DNA from: Mobula hypostoma
Taxonomy: Eukaryota
Assembly (NCBI RefSeq): GCF_963921235.1
Contig: NC_086108.1
Coordinates: forward strand, 12,338,001-12,402,000
Direction: 5' to 3'
Length of the DNA stretch: 64,000 nt
Shown: piece by piece, positions 22,105 through 33,823 of the stretch
Position numbering within the stretch: the first letter of the stretch is position 1
Layout of the letters: each line of letters begins with the position of its first letter
Position numbers and translations under genes: made by a program
Notes under the pieces: model-generated
Databases searched by the model: none
Seen by the model: only the letters and a program-made list of their open reading frames with translations
What the model was told of the DNA's origin: nothing

Positions 22105-23872
22105 ATTACTAAGAGTACTAAAAGATATTTGACTTATATAAGCTACACCCGATAGTGAAATTCCTACAACATCCAATGACTCATTGGTGTGCTATAATCA
22201 CCCTTTCTTTAAACAATCAAAAAAGAATAACCTCTGCTGTCAAAATAAACCAAGGCATTTTCCAGGGCAACTCTCTAAACCCACCATGGTTCTATCTAGC
22301 TTTAAACACGCTCTCTAATTTACTGAAGCGGTTGAAAATTGAGTATCAAATCAGAAACAATGAAACAAATTATACCTTGACACACCTTCTATACATGGTT
22401 ATTTGAAATTGTACGCTCTTTCATCAGTAAAGCTAAAGCAATTCAAATAGTAGAACTATTTTTGAAAAATATTATCATGAACTTTGGACTAGATAAAAGC
22501 AAAACATTAAGCATAAAGAAAGGTGCAATAGAGCTAATGGAATACAAAACAGAACAGCAGGATACAATAAAACAGAGGGATGAATATGAACATATTAGTA
22601 TCTGTCATATCAAAGAAAGTAGGTCATAGTACGATAAAGGGAAAACTTGACAGAATTGACTTCAAGGCTTAACAAAGCTCAATAGTAGAAATATAACAAA
22701 GGCAATTATCACTTCCACTATACCCATATTAATGTATTATTTTTGTATAATATCTTGGTCAGAAACCAATCAGCAAAATTTACAAAGACGGATAGGAACT
22801 GAAATGACAAATTTTAGAAAATACTATGTACACTCAAATGCCCTTAGATTAACACGACCAAGGACAGAAGGAGGAAGAGGAATAACAGACATTAAAAAAT
22901 TTACACAGCAGTCAGATAAAACTTCACAGGATATACTTCCATCAATGAAAACAGGATTCAGCACTCCCTATGAGCTTATGTAATTCTGATAAGAAGTACA
23001 CACCACTGAGCTTAAATGAAGCAGAACCCAGAAAAATGAAGGAATTATCACTACCAAAGAAAAAGTTAACCAACAGAGAAGCATGACCCTTCAAGGAAGA
23101 CATCTCCAAGAGCCGAGCAGATTAGATGTCGACAAGTGAGCATCTAATGTGTCGAACACCTGGCTCAGAATTGGAGAACTCTTCCCAGAAACAGAGAGGT
23201 TCGTCGAGGCAATACAGGAGCATATAGTTAACACAAAAATACATAATAAAAGACCAACAAATCCAAGCCAATAAATGCAGAAAGTGCCAAGAGAAACCAC
23301 AAACCTTCCAGCACAATACAGGATACTGCAGCAGTTTATCTCAATCTGGTTACTTAACTGTACACAGACACATCAAGTGGAAAACACCAAAATCTTGCTT
23401 TAAAATACAAACTCATAAATTAAATCATACCTTACTATAAATATAAATCTGATCCAGTTTTAGAGTTAGAGTCCCACAAATTATGTTACCACCTACAGAT
23501 AGGACAATCCATAATAACTGACCGGATATGTTAATGCAAGATAAGCAAGAAGGAATAACTTAATTAATAGATATAGCCATTTCAAACACACATAACTTAC
23601 AGAAATCAGTAAGTAAAAAGCACCAAAATATGCTGAATTAAAAGAGGAAATTGAAGGACTGCGGAATATGAACAGGGTATGCATTGTCCCAATAGTAATA
23701 TCTACAACTGGTTTAGTCACAAAATAACTACACAATAGTATTAAACAATTAGGCCACAGCAATATTTATGTAAATCTTTGGAAAGCCAAAATTATTAAAC
23801 ACCACAAGAAGAGTCTGAAAGTTCTTAGCAATTGAAAGATCAGTGTGCTAGGCTATGCCCGTACCACAGGTT
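22105..23872 (+). pseudogene. R4/Dong-clade non-LTR retrotransposon (RT, CCHC knuckle, restriction-like endonuclease), 5'-truncated and degraded
   Basis: GIFQGNSLNPPWFYLALNTLS...LTHLLYM (RT); LRLTRPRTEGGRGITDIK; GELFPETERFVEAIQ; CRKC..QH..GYC; PD...IDIAI...KYAELKEEI...IVPIVISTTG (RLE); many frameshifts. Confidence 0.85.
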
Positions 23873-23874
23873 GA

Positions 23875-25828
23875 ACTTCCCTCTTTGGAACCACTCATCT
23901 GCACAAAGCACTCCTTGCAATAGGATCTCCCCTTCGGGCAGAATCCTCCAAGTGTCTTCCCTTGTGCTCTACTCTGCGCACCTTCTGACCAAAACACCCC
24001 AAACCAGACTACTGTCCTTTGGAAACCTGATTCTGCTCAGCTCTCTCGAATCTTCCATAGCATCCCACTGGGCAGAGTTACAACACATTACCAAAACAAG
24101 CCCAATTGGCTGACACAACATTCCTTAGTTACATAGAAACATAGAAACATAGAAAATAGGTGCAGGAGTAGGCCATTCGGCCCTTCGAGCCTGCACCGCC
24201 ATTTATTATGATCATGGCTGATCATCCAACTCAGAAACCCGCCCCAGCCTTCCCTCCATACCCCCTGATCCCCGTAGCCACAAGGGCCATATCTAATTCC
24301 CTCTTAAACATAGCCAATGAACTGACCTCAACTGTTTCCTGTGGCAGAGAATTCCACAGATTCACCACTCTCTGTGTGAAGAAGTTTTTCCTAATCTCAG
24401 TCCTAAAAGGCTTCCCCTCTATCCTCAAACTGTGACCCCTTGTTCTGGACTTCCCCAACATCGGGAACAATCTTCCTGTATCTAGCCTGTCCAATCCCTT
24501 TAGGATTTTATACGTTTCAATCAGATCCCCCCTCAATCTTCTAAATTCCAACGAGTACAAGCCCAGTTCATCCAGTCTTTCTTCATATGAAAGTCCTGCC
24601 ATCCCAGGAATCAATCTGGTGAACCTCCTTTGTACTCCCTCTATGGCAAGAATGTCTTTCTCAGATTAGGGGACCAAAACTGCACACAATACTCCAGGTG
24701 TGGTCTCACCAAGGCCTTGTACAACTGCAGTAGTACCTCCCTGCTCCTGTACTCGAATCCTCTCGCTATAAATGCCAGCCTACCATTCGCCTTTTTCACC
24801 GCCTGCTGTACCTGCATGCCCACTTTCAATGACTGGTGTATAATGACAGCCAGGTCTCGTTGCACCTCCCCTTTTCCTAATCGGCCACCATTCAGATAAT
24901 AATCTGTTTTCCTATTTTTGCCACCAAAGTGGATAACTTCACATTTATCCACATTAAATTGCATCTGCCATGAATTTGCCCACTCACCCAACCTATCCAA
25001 GTCACTCTGCATCATCTTAGCATCCTCCTCACAGCTAACACTGCCACCCAGCTTCGTGTCATCCGCAAACTTGGAGATGCTGCATTTAATTCCCTCATCC
25101 AAGTCATTAATATATATTGTAAACAACTGGGGTCCCAGCACTGAGCCTTGCGGTACCCCACTAGTCACCGCCTGCCATTCTGAAAGGGTCCCGTTTATTC
25201 CCACTCTTTGCTTCCTGTCTGCTAACCAATTCTCCACCCACACCAATACCTTACCCCCAATACCGTGTGCTTTAAGTTTGCACACTAATCTCCTGTGTGG
25301 GACCTTGTCAAAAGCCTTTTGAAAATCCAAATATACCACATCCACTGGTTCTCCCCTATCCACTCTACTAGTTACATCCTCAAAAAATTCTATGAGATTC
25401 GTCAGACATGATTTTCCTTTCACGAATCCATGCTGACTTTGTCCGATGATTTCACTGCTTTCCAAATGTGCTGTTATCACATCTTTGACAACTGACTCTA
25501 GCATTTTCCCCACCACCGACGTTAGGCTAACCGGTCTATAATTCCCCGGTTTCTCTCTCCCTCCTTTTTTAAAAAGTGGGGTTACATTAGCCACCCTCCA
25601 ATCCTCAGGAACTAGTCCAGAGTCTAATGAGTTTTGAAAAATTATCACTAATGCATCCACTATTTCTCGGGCTACTTCCTTAAGCACTCCAGTTGGGCAA
25701 TATGTGTTCTTATCTTTAGCCGAAGCTAAAACACTAATCTATGAAGCATACTAACAGGACACTGTGTTCGATAAAACTGCTAAAATAAAAATACCAGTAG
25801 CAGTAGAAATCTTAACCAGGGAATTACA
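23875..25828 (-). mobile_element. Probable LTR fragment split by a CR1
   Basis: Minus strand starts TGTAATTCCCTGGTTAAG at 25828; flanks rejoin at agtt/agtt across the CR1; other terminus not found. Confidence 0.4.
24131..25689 (-). mobile_element. Young CR1 LINE, 5'-truncated (RT domain and 3' end)
   Basis: 348-aa ORF 24641-25687 with NYRPVSLTS, YLDFQKAFDKVPH, GVPQGSVLGP, KFADDTK; one frameshift into ORF 24231-24614; (CATAGAAA)n tail. Confidence 0.97.
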
Positions 25829-25984
25829 CTAACTTTATCAGATTTATTCTTGAATTTCTTTCATCTATTATTGATTATCGTATTTCCTTCCAGATTTATA
25901 TGCGTAAAAAGATCTTCTTTACAACTAATACATTATTCCTTTAAATATAAATCATATCCAACATATTGTGTTCAATATGTTGTC

Positions 25985-26600
25985 AAAGTTCAAAGTACAT
26001 TTATTATCAAAGTATGTATAAATTATACGTCCTTGGGATTTGTCTGCTTACAGGCAGCCACAAGACAAGAAGCCCGAAGGAACCCATTTAAAAAAATCCT
26101 AATGAATGCACAGAGAGAGAAAGAGAGAAAAAAAAGATAAATCATGCAAACAATAAAAGCAGGCAACAGCATTCAGAATGAAAGTGAGTCTACAGACACG
26201 AAGCCCGGAGCAGACAGAGCAGGCCCACAGCCTCAGCCTCAGTTCATCACACAGTCGAGCAAAATGTTGCAGAGCCTGCAGACCTGGAGCCTAGAGCAGC
26301 CGGACCAGGTCCACAGTCTTAGTTTCAGTACTGCAGAGAGCAGAGCGAACGTGGTGGATCAGTGAGCAGAACCAGCCTGACCAGTCCCAACACCCTGTCT
26401 TTTCAACCCATCCAACCTGGCATCTAAATTGTCCAAACACCAGGTCGCTCCCCACTTTGTGTCCTGGGCCTTATTGCTTCAATATGCTTTGGGCCTAAAT
26501 CCTGTCCCCATGTTCCAGCCTCTACCTGACCTTTCCAAATCAGCCAATCAATCTCCAATGCCTTTTAGCCTTTGTTTCGAGTTAGGATCTTCATTATACA
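25985..26600 (-). mobile_element. Family B non-coding element
   Basis: aagttcaaagtacatttattatcaaagtatgtata...ttacaggcagccaca...gcaaacaataaaagca homologous to 6309-6800. Confidence 0.75.
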
Positions 26601-26639
26601 CTGAAGTACATAGCACATAAGGTAACCTAGCAACCACCT

Positions 26640-26960
26640 GCTTTAAAGTGGTTTGCCTTTGCCTTCTTCTGGGTAGCATCTTTACTTGACGGATCACCCC
26701 AGCCATTATCAATACTCTTCAGAGATTGAATAGCCTGGTGTCAGTGGTTGCATAACCAGGACATGTGATGCGCACCAGCGACTCGTACGATCGTCTACTA
26801 CCTGCTCCCATGGCTTCACGTGATCCTAATTGGTGGGTGGAGGGGGTGTGGGGGTCTAAGCAGCTGCTACATGTTGCCCAAGGGTGGCTTGGAGGCCAGG
26901 GGAGAGAAGGAGCACCTTACACCTCCTTTGGTAGAGACCTGTCTCCATCCCAACACCCAT
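26640..26960 (-). mobile_element. Probable SINE with RTE/BovB-type tail
   Basis: Minus strand contains gaagaaggcaaaggcaaaccac, resembling the RTE/BovB 3' motif. Confidence 0.4.
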
Positions 26961-26989
26961 TCCAGTAGAATCAAATATGTTAATGATCC

Positions 26990-27108
26990 TAAACATGAGA
27001 GATTCTGCAGATGCTGGAAGTCAAAAGCAACGCACACAAGATGCTGGAGGAGCTCAGAAGGTCAGGCAGCATCTATGGAAATGAATAACAGTTGACGTTT
27101 TGGGGCTT
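26990..27108 (-). mobile_element. Penelope-like terminal fragment
   Basis: ttctgcagatgctggaa...caggcagcatctatgga...acagttgacgtttt; truncated within the hammerhead region. Confidence 0.75.
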
Positions 27109-27219
27109 GGTTAAAAGATTCCCATTGACTGTGATGCACAGATAGGGATACCTGGGAAATGCCACACTGGACTGTAAGGAGAAGTCAGTTCAATGCTCAT
27201 GTGGGGAACTGACGCCTCA

Positions 27220-30200
27220 TGGAATGAGCTGGAATGAGGCAGAATGAGCCAAAGTGAGTAGTAATGAGATGGAGTGAGACAGAGTGAGGTGGAGTGAGGC
27301 TGAGTGAGTCAGAGTGGGGTGGAGTGAGTCAGAGTGAGTCAGAGTGGGGTGGAGTGAGTTGGAGTGAGTCAGAGCGGGGTGGAGTGAGTCAGAGTGAGTC
27401 AGAGTGGGGTGGAGTGAGTCAGAGTGAGTCAGAGTGGGGTGGAGTGAGTAAGAGTGAGTCAGAGTGAGTCAGAGTGGGGTGGAGTGAGTCGGAGTGAGTC
27501 AGAGCGGGGTGGAGTGAGTCAGAGTGAGTCAGAGTGGGGTGGAGTGAGTCAGAGTGAGTCAGAGTGGGGTAGAGTGAGTCGGAGTGAGTCAGAGTGGGGT
27601 GGAGTGAGTCAGAGTGAGTCAGAGTGGGGTAGAGTGAGTCAGAGTGAGTCAGAGTGGGGTGGAGTGAGTCAGAGTGGGGTAGAGTGAGTCGGAGTGAGTC
27701 AGAGTGGGGTGGAGTGAGTCAGAGTGAGTCAGAGTGGGGTGGAGTGAGTCAGAGTGAGTCAGAGTGGGGTAGAGTGAGTCAGAGTGAGTCAGAGTGGGGT
27801 GGAGTGAGTCAGAGTGGGGTAGAGTGAGTCGGAGAGAGTCAGAGTGGGGTGGAGTGAGTCAGAGTGAGTCAGAGTGGGGTGGAGTGAGTCAGACTGAGAA
27901 AGAGTGGGGTGGAGTGAGTAAGAGTGAGTTGGAGTGAGGTGGAGTGAGTTAGAGTGAGTGAGGCTGAGTGAGTCAGAGTGGGGTGGAGTGAGTCAGAGTG
28001 AGTCAGAGTGGGTGGAGTGAGTTAGAGTGAGTCAGACTGGGGTGGAGTGAGTAAGAGTGAGTCAGAGTGGGGTGGAGTGAGTTAGAGTTAGAGTGAGTCA
28101 GAGTGGGGTGGAGTGAGTCAGCGTGAGTCAGAGTGGGGTAGAGTGAGTCAGAGTGAGTCAGAGTGGGGTGGAGTGAGTCAGAGTGAGTCAGAGTGGGGTA
28201 GAGTGAGTCAGAGTGAGTCAGAGTGGGGTGGAGTGAGTCAGAGTGGGGTAGAGTGAGTCGGAGTGAGTCAGAGTGGGGTGGAGTGAGTCAGAGTGAGTCA
28301 GAGTGGGGTGGAGTGAGTCAGACTGAGAAAGAGTGGGGTGGAGTGAGTAAGAGTGAGTTGGAGTGAGGTGGAGTGAGTTAGAGTGAGTGAGGCTGAGTGA
28401 GTCAGAGTGGGGTGGAGTGAGTCAGAGTGAGTCAGAGTGGGTGGAGTGAGTTAGAGTGAGTCAGACTGGGGTGGAGTGAGTAAGAGTGAGTCAGAGTGGG
28501 GTGGAGTGAGTTAGAGTTAGAGTGAGTCAGAGTGGGGTGGAGTGAGTCAGCGTGAGTCAGAGTGGGGTAGAGTGAGTCAGAGTGAGTCAGAGTGCGGTGG
28601 AGTGAGTTAGAGTGAGTCAGAGTGGGGTGGAGTGAGTCAGTGAGTCAGAGTGGGGTAGAGTGAGTCAGAGTGAGTCAGAGTGGGGTGGAGTGAGTCAGAG
28701 TGAGTCAGAGCAGGGTGGAGTGAATCAGAGTGAGTTAGAGTGGGGTGGAGTGAGTCAGAGTGAGTCAGAGTGGGGTAGAGTGAGTCAGAGTGAGTCAGAC
28801 TGGGGTGGAGTGAGTCAGAGTGGGGTAGAGTGAGTCGGAGTGAGTCAGAGTGGGGTGGAGTGAGTCAGAGTGAGTCAGAGTGGGGTGGAGTGAGTCAGAC
28901 TGAGAAAGAGTGGGGTGGAGTGAGTAAGAGTGAGTTGGAGTGAGGTGGAGTGAGTTAGAGTGAGTCAGAGTGGGTGGAGTGAGTTAGAGTGAGTCAGAGT
29001 GGGGTGGAGTGAGTCAGTGAGTCAGAGTGGGGTAGAGTGAGTCAGAGTGAGTCAGAGTGGGGTGGAGTGAGTCAGAGTGAGTCAGAGCAGGGTGGAGTGA
29101 ATCAGAGTGAGTCAGAGTGGGGTGGAGTGAGTCAGAGTGAGTCAGAGTGGGGTAGAGTGAGTCAGAGTGAGTCAGAGTGGGGTGGAGTGAGTCAGACTGA
29201 GAAAGAGTGGGGTGGAGTGAGTAAGAGTGAGTTGGAGTGAGGTGGAGTGAGTTAGAGTGAGTCAGAGTTGGGTGGAGTGAGTTAGAGTGAGTCAGACTGG
29301 GGTGGCGTGAGTAAGAGTGAGTCAGAGTGGGGTGGAGTGAGTAAGAGTGAGTCAGAGTGGGGTGGAGTGAGTAAGAGTGGGATAGAGTGAGTCAGAGTGA
29401 GTCAGAGTGGGGTGGAGTGAGTCAGAGTGAGTCAGAGTGGGGTGGAGTGAGTCAGAGTGGGGTAGAGTGAGTCAGAGTGAGTCAGAGTGGGGTGGAGTGA
29501 GTCAGAGTGGGGTAGAGTGAGTCAGTGAGTCAGAGTGGGGTGGAGTGAGTAAGAGTGAGTCAGAGTGAGTCGGAGTGAGTCAGAGTGGGGTGGAGTGAGT
29601 CAGAGTGAGTCAGAGTGGGGTGGAGTGAGTCAGACTGAGAAAGAGTGGGGTGGAGTGAGTAAGAGTGAGTTGGAGTGAGGTGGAGTGAGTTAGAGTGAGT
29701 CAGAGTTGGGTGGAGTGAGTTAGAGTGAGTCAGACTGGGGTGGCGTGAGTAAGAGTGAGTCAGAGTGGGGTGGAGTGAGTAAGAGTGAGTCAGAGTGGGG
29801 TGGAGTGAGTAAGAGTGGGATAGAGTGAGTCAGAGTGAGTCAGAGTGGGGTGGAGTGAGTCAGAGTGAGTCAGAGTGGGGTGGAGTGAGTCAGAGTGGGG
29901 TAGAGTGAGTCAGAGTGAGTCAGAGTGGGGTGGAGTGAGTCAGAGTGGGGTAGAGTGAGTCAGTGAGTCAGAGTGGGGTGGAGTGAGTAAGAGTGAGTCA
30001 GAGTGAGTCAGAGTGGGGTGGAGTGAGTCAGAGTGGGGTAGAGTGAGTCAGTCAGTCAGAGTGGGATGGAGTGAGTCAGAGTGAGTCAGAGTGGGGTGGA
30101 GTGAGTCAGAGTGAGTCAGAGTGGGGTGGAGTGAGTAAGAGTGAGTTGGAGTGAGGTGGAGTGAGTTAGAGTGAGTCAGAGTGGGTGGAGTGAGTTAGAG

Positions 30201-32300
30201 TGAGTCAGAGTGGGGTGGAGTGAGTCAGAGTGAGTCAGAGTGGGGTGGAGTGAGTAAGAGTGAGTCAGAGTGGGGTGGAGTGAGTAAGAGTGGGATAGAG
30301 TGAGTCAGAGTGAGTCAGAGTGGGGTGGAGTGAGTCAGAGTGAGTCAGAGTGGGGTGGAGTGAGTCAGAGTGGGGTAGAGTGAGTCAGAGTGAGTCAGAG
30401 TGAGTCAGCGTGGGGTGGAGTGAGTCAGAGTGGGGTAGAGTGAGTCAGTGAGTCAGAGTGGGGTGGAGTGAGTAAGAGTGAGTCAGAGTGGGGTGGAGTG
30501 AGTCAGAGTGAGTCAGAGTGGGGTGGAGTGAGTAAGAGTGAGTTGGAGTGAGGTAGAGTGAGTTAGAGTGAGTCAGAGTGGGGTGGAGTGAGTTAGAGTG
30601 AGTCAGACTGGGGTGGAGTGAGTAAGAGTGAGTCAGAGTGGGGTGGAGTGAGTCAGAGTGAGTCAGAGCAGGGTGGAGTGAGTAAGAGTGAGTCAGAGTG
30701 GGATGGAGTGAGTCAGAGTGAGTCAGAGTGGGGTGGAGTGAGTCAGAGTGAGTTGGAGTGGAGTGGAGTGAGTAAGAGTGAGTCAGAGTGCGGTGGAGTG
30801 AGTTGGAGTGAGGTGGAGTGGGGTGGAGTGAGGCAGAGTGAGTCAGAGCGGGGTAGAGTGAGTTAGAGTGAATCAGAGTGCGGTGGAGTGAGTTGGAGTA
30901 AGTTGGAGTGGGGTGGAGTGAGTCAGTGAGTCAGAGTGGGGTGGAGTGAGTCAGAGTGAGTCAGAGTGGGGTGGAGTGAGTAAGAGTGAGTTGGAGTGAG
31001 GTGGAGTGAGTTAGAGTGAGTTGGAGTGGGGTGGAGTGAGTAAGAGTGAGTTGGAGTGGGGTGGAGTGAGTCAGAGTGGGGTAGAGTGAGTCAGTGAGTC
31101 AGAGTGGGGTGGAGTGAGTAAGAGTGAGTCAGAGTGAGTCAGAGTGGGGTGGAGTGAGTCAGAGTGGGGTAGAGTGAGTCAGTGAGTCAGAGTGGGGTGG
31201 AGTGAGTAAGAGTGAGTCAGAGTGAGTCAGAGTGGGGTGGAGTGAGTCAGAGTGGGGTAGAGTGAGTCAGTGAGTCAGAGTGGGATGGAGTGAGTCAGAG
31301 TGAGTCAGAGTGGGGTGGAGTGAGTCAGAGTGGGGTGGAGTGAGTAAGAGTGAGTTGGAGTGAGGTGGAGTGAGTTAGAGTGAGTCAGAGTGGGTGGAGT
31401 GAGTTAGAGTGAGTCAGAGTGGGGTGGAGTGAGTCAGAGTGAGTCAGAGTGGGGTGGAGTGAGTAAGAGTGAGTCAGAGTGGGGTGGAGTGAGTAAGAGT
31501 GGGATAGAGTAAGTCAGAGTGAGTCAGAGTGGGGTGGAGTGAGTCAGAGTGAGTCAGAGTGGGGTGGAGTGAGTCAGAGTGGGGTAGAGTGAGTCAGAGT
31601 GAGTCAGAGTGAGTCAGAGTGGGGTGGAGTGAGTCAGAGTGGGGTAGAGTGAGTCAGTGAGTCAGAGTGGGGTGGAGTGAGTAAGAGTGAGTCAGAGTGG
31701 GGTGGAGTGAGTCAGAGTGAGTCAGAGTGGGGTGGAGTAAGAGTGAGTTGGAGTGAGGTAGAGTGAGTTAGAGTGAGTCAGAGTGGGGTGGAGTGAGTTA
31801 GAGTGAGTCAGACTGGGGTGGAGTGAGTAAGAGTGAGTCAGAGTGGGGTGGAGTGAGTCAGAGTGAGTCAGAGAAGGGTGGAGTGAGTAAGAGTGAGTCA
31901 GAGTGGGATGGAGTGAGTCAGAGTGAGTCAGAGTGGGGTGGAGTGAGTCAGAGTGAGTTGGAGTGGAGTGGAGTGAGTAAGAGTGAGTCAGAGTGCGGTG
32001 GAGTGAGTTGGAGTGAGGTGGAGTGGGGTGGAGTGAGGCAGAGTGAGTCAGAGTGGGGTAGAGTGAGTTAGAGTGAATCAGAGTGCGGTGGAGTGAGTTG
32101 GAGTAAGTTGGAGTGGGGTGGAGTGAGTCAGTGAGTCAGAGTGGGGTGGAGTGAGTCAGAGTGAGTCAGAGTGGGGTGGAGTGAGTAAGAGTGAGTTGGA
32201 GTGAGGTGGAGTGAGTTAGAGTGAGTTGGAGTGGGGTGGAGTGAGTAAGAGTGAGTTGGAGTGAGGTGGAGTGTGTCAGAGTGAGTCGGAGTGATTTAGA
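27220..32300. repeat. Decamer-based satellite (GAGTGAGTCA / GAGTGGGGTG; ~30-bp superunit)
   Basis: Direct reading; 10-aa SQSESEWGGV periodicity in the ORF track. Confidence 0.99.
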
Positions 32301-32866
32301 GTGAGTTGGACTGATTTGGAGTGGGTTGCAGTGGGTTGGATTGAGCCAGAGTGGGTCAGAGTACGTCGGAGTGAGTCGCAGTGAGTGGACTGATTTGGAG
32401 TGGGTTGGAGTGGGTTGGATTGAGCCAGAGTGGGTCAGAGTACGTCGGAGTGAGTCGCAGTGAGTGGACTGATTTGGAGTGGGTTGGAGTGGGTTGGATT
32501 GAGCCAGAGTGGGTCAGAGTACGTCGGAGTGAGTCGCAGTGAGTTGGACTGATTTGGAGTGGGTTGGAGTGGGTTGGATTGAGCCAGAGTGGGTCAGAGT
32601 ACGTCGGAGTGAGTCGGAGTAAGTTGGACTGATTTGGAGTGGGTTGGAGTGGGTTGGATTGAGCCAGAGTGGGTCAGAGTACGTCGGAGTGAGTCGCAGT
32701 GAGTGGACTGATTTGGAGTGGGTTGGAGTGGGTTGGATTGAGCCAGAGTGGGTCAGAGTACGTCGGAGTGAGTCGCAGTGAGTGGACTGATTTGGAGTGG
32801 GTTGGAGTGGGTTGGATTGAGCCAGAGTGGGTCAGAGTACGTCGGAGTGAGTCGGAGTGATTTGGA
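32300..32866. repeat. 79-80-bp higher-order repeat, 7 copies, at the satellite's right end
   Basis: Marker gtacg at 32361, 32440, 32519, 32599, 32679, 32758, 32837. Confidence 0.96.
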
Positions 32867-33309
32867 GAGGATAATAAATATGTCAGAGTGAATACAGTTA
32901 CGACAGAGTGGAATGGATGAGAGTGCTTATCACAAACTCATTGGACTGAATTGAGCAATTAGTAGGTACGGTATTTGAAGTGAATAACGACATGGGGGTT
33001 AATATGTGAGAGGGCAGAGCTCTGGTTTAGAGTTGGTGCCCCCAATGAGCTTCCCTGACCATTTGGTTGTAATAATCATTTCCCGGTGAGACCACGAGAC
33101 AGCTTTTTGATCACTCAGCTGCCACACCTCCTGCTCACTCTGGTTTTTAGTGGTTCCCCTCGACCAGGGCCAACAGCTCTGTTGGTCCAGGTTCTGGGAG
33201 GTCCCAGCTGGGTGGTCTGCTGAGATTCACCATTACTCCAGGCCTGGGGTTACAGGCTGTGCTCTTGGGGTGACGCATGGAGGATACGTAGGAGCATCAT
33301 TTTAGGGTT

Positions 33310-33823
33310 GAGTGTCCTGCAGAAATGTGCTGCGATTGGAGAGAGCCGAGAGAAGGTTCGCATGAATGATTGAAGGAATGAAAGGGTTAAGGAAATTAGG
33401 AGTGTTTGATGGCTCTGAACCTGTACTCACTGGAGTTTAGAACAAAGCATGGGGTTCACATTGAAACCTATTTAATACTGAAAGGCCTCAATAGAGTAGA
33501 TGTGGAGAGGATGTTTCCTGTCATGGGGAAGTCTAGCACACAGCCTCAAAATAGAGGGATGTCCATTTAGAATGGGGATGAGAAGGAATTTCTTTAACTA
33601 GAGACTGGTGAATGAGTGGAATCCAACGCCACACTCACAGGCACCTGTCGAGACCAAGTCACTGGGTATATTTAAAGCAGAGGTTGATAGATTCTTGATT
33701 AGATAGGGCATGAAGGGATACAAGAGATGGCAGGAGATTGCGGCTGAGAGGGAAATTGGATCAGCCATGATGAAATGGCGGAGCAGTCTCAATGGGCCAA
33801 ATGGCCTGATTCTGCCCCTGTAT
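33310..33823 (+). mobile_element. Old CR1 3' fragment containing the left triplication breakpoint
   Basis: ctgtactcactggagtttaga...tagagtagatgtggagaggatgtttcc...gggccaaatggcct. Confidence 0.75.

Noticed and set aside
27454..32071. SQSESEWGGV ORFs
   Set aside because: Translation of the 30-bp satellite; GTG starts and frequent stops
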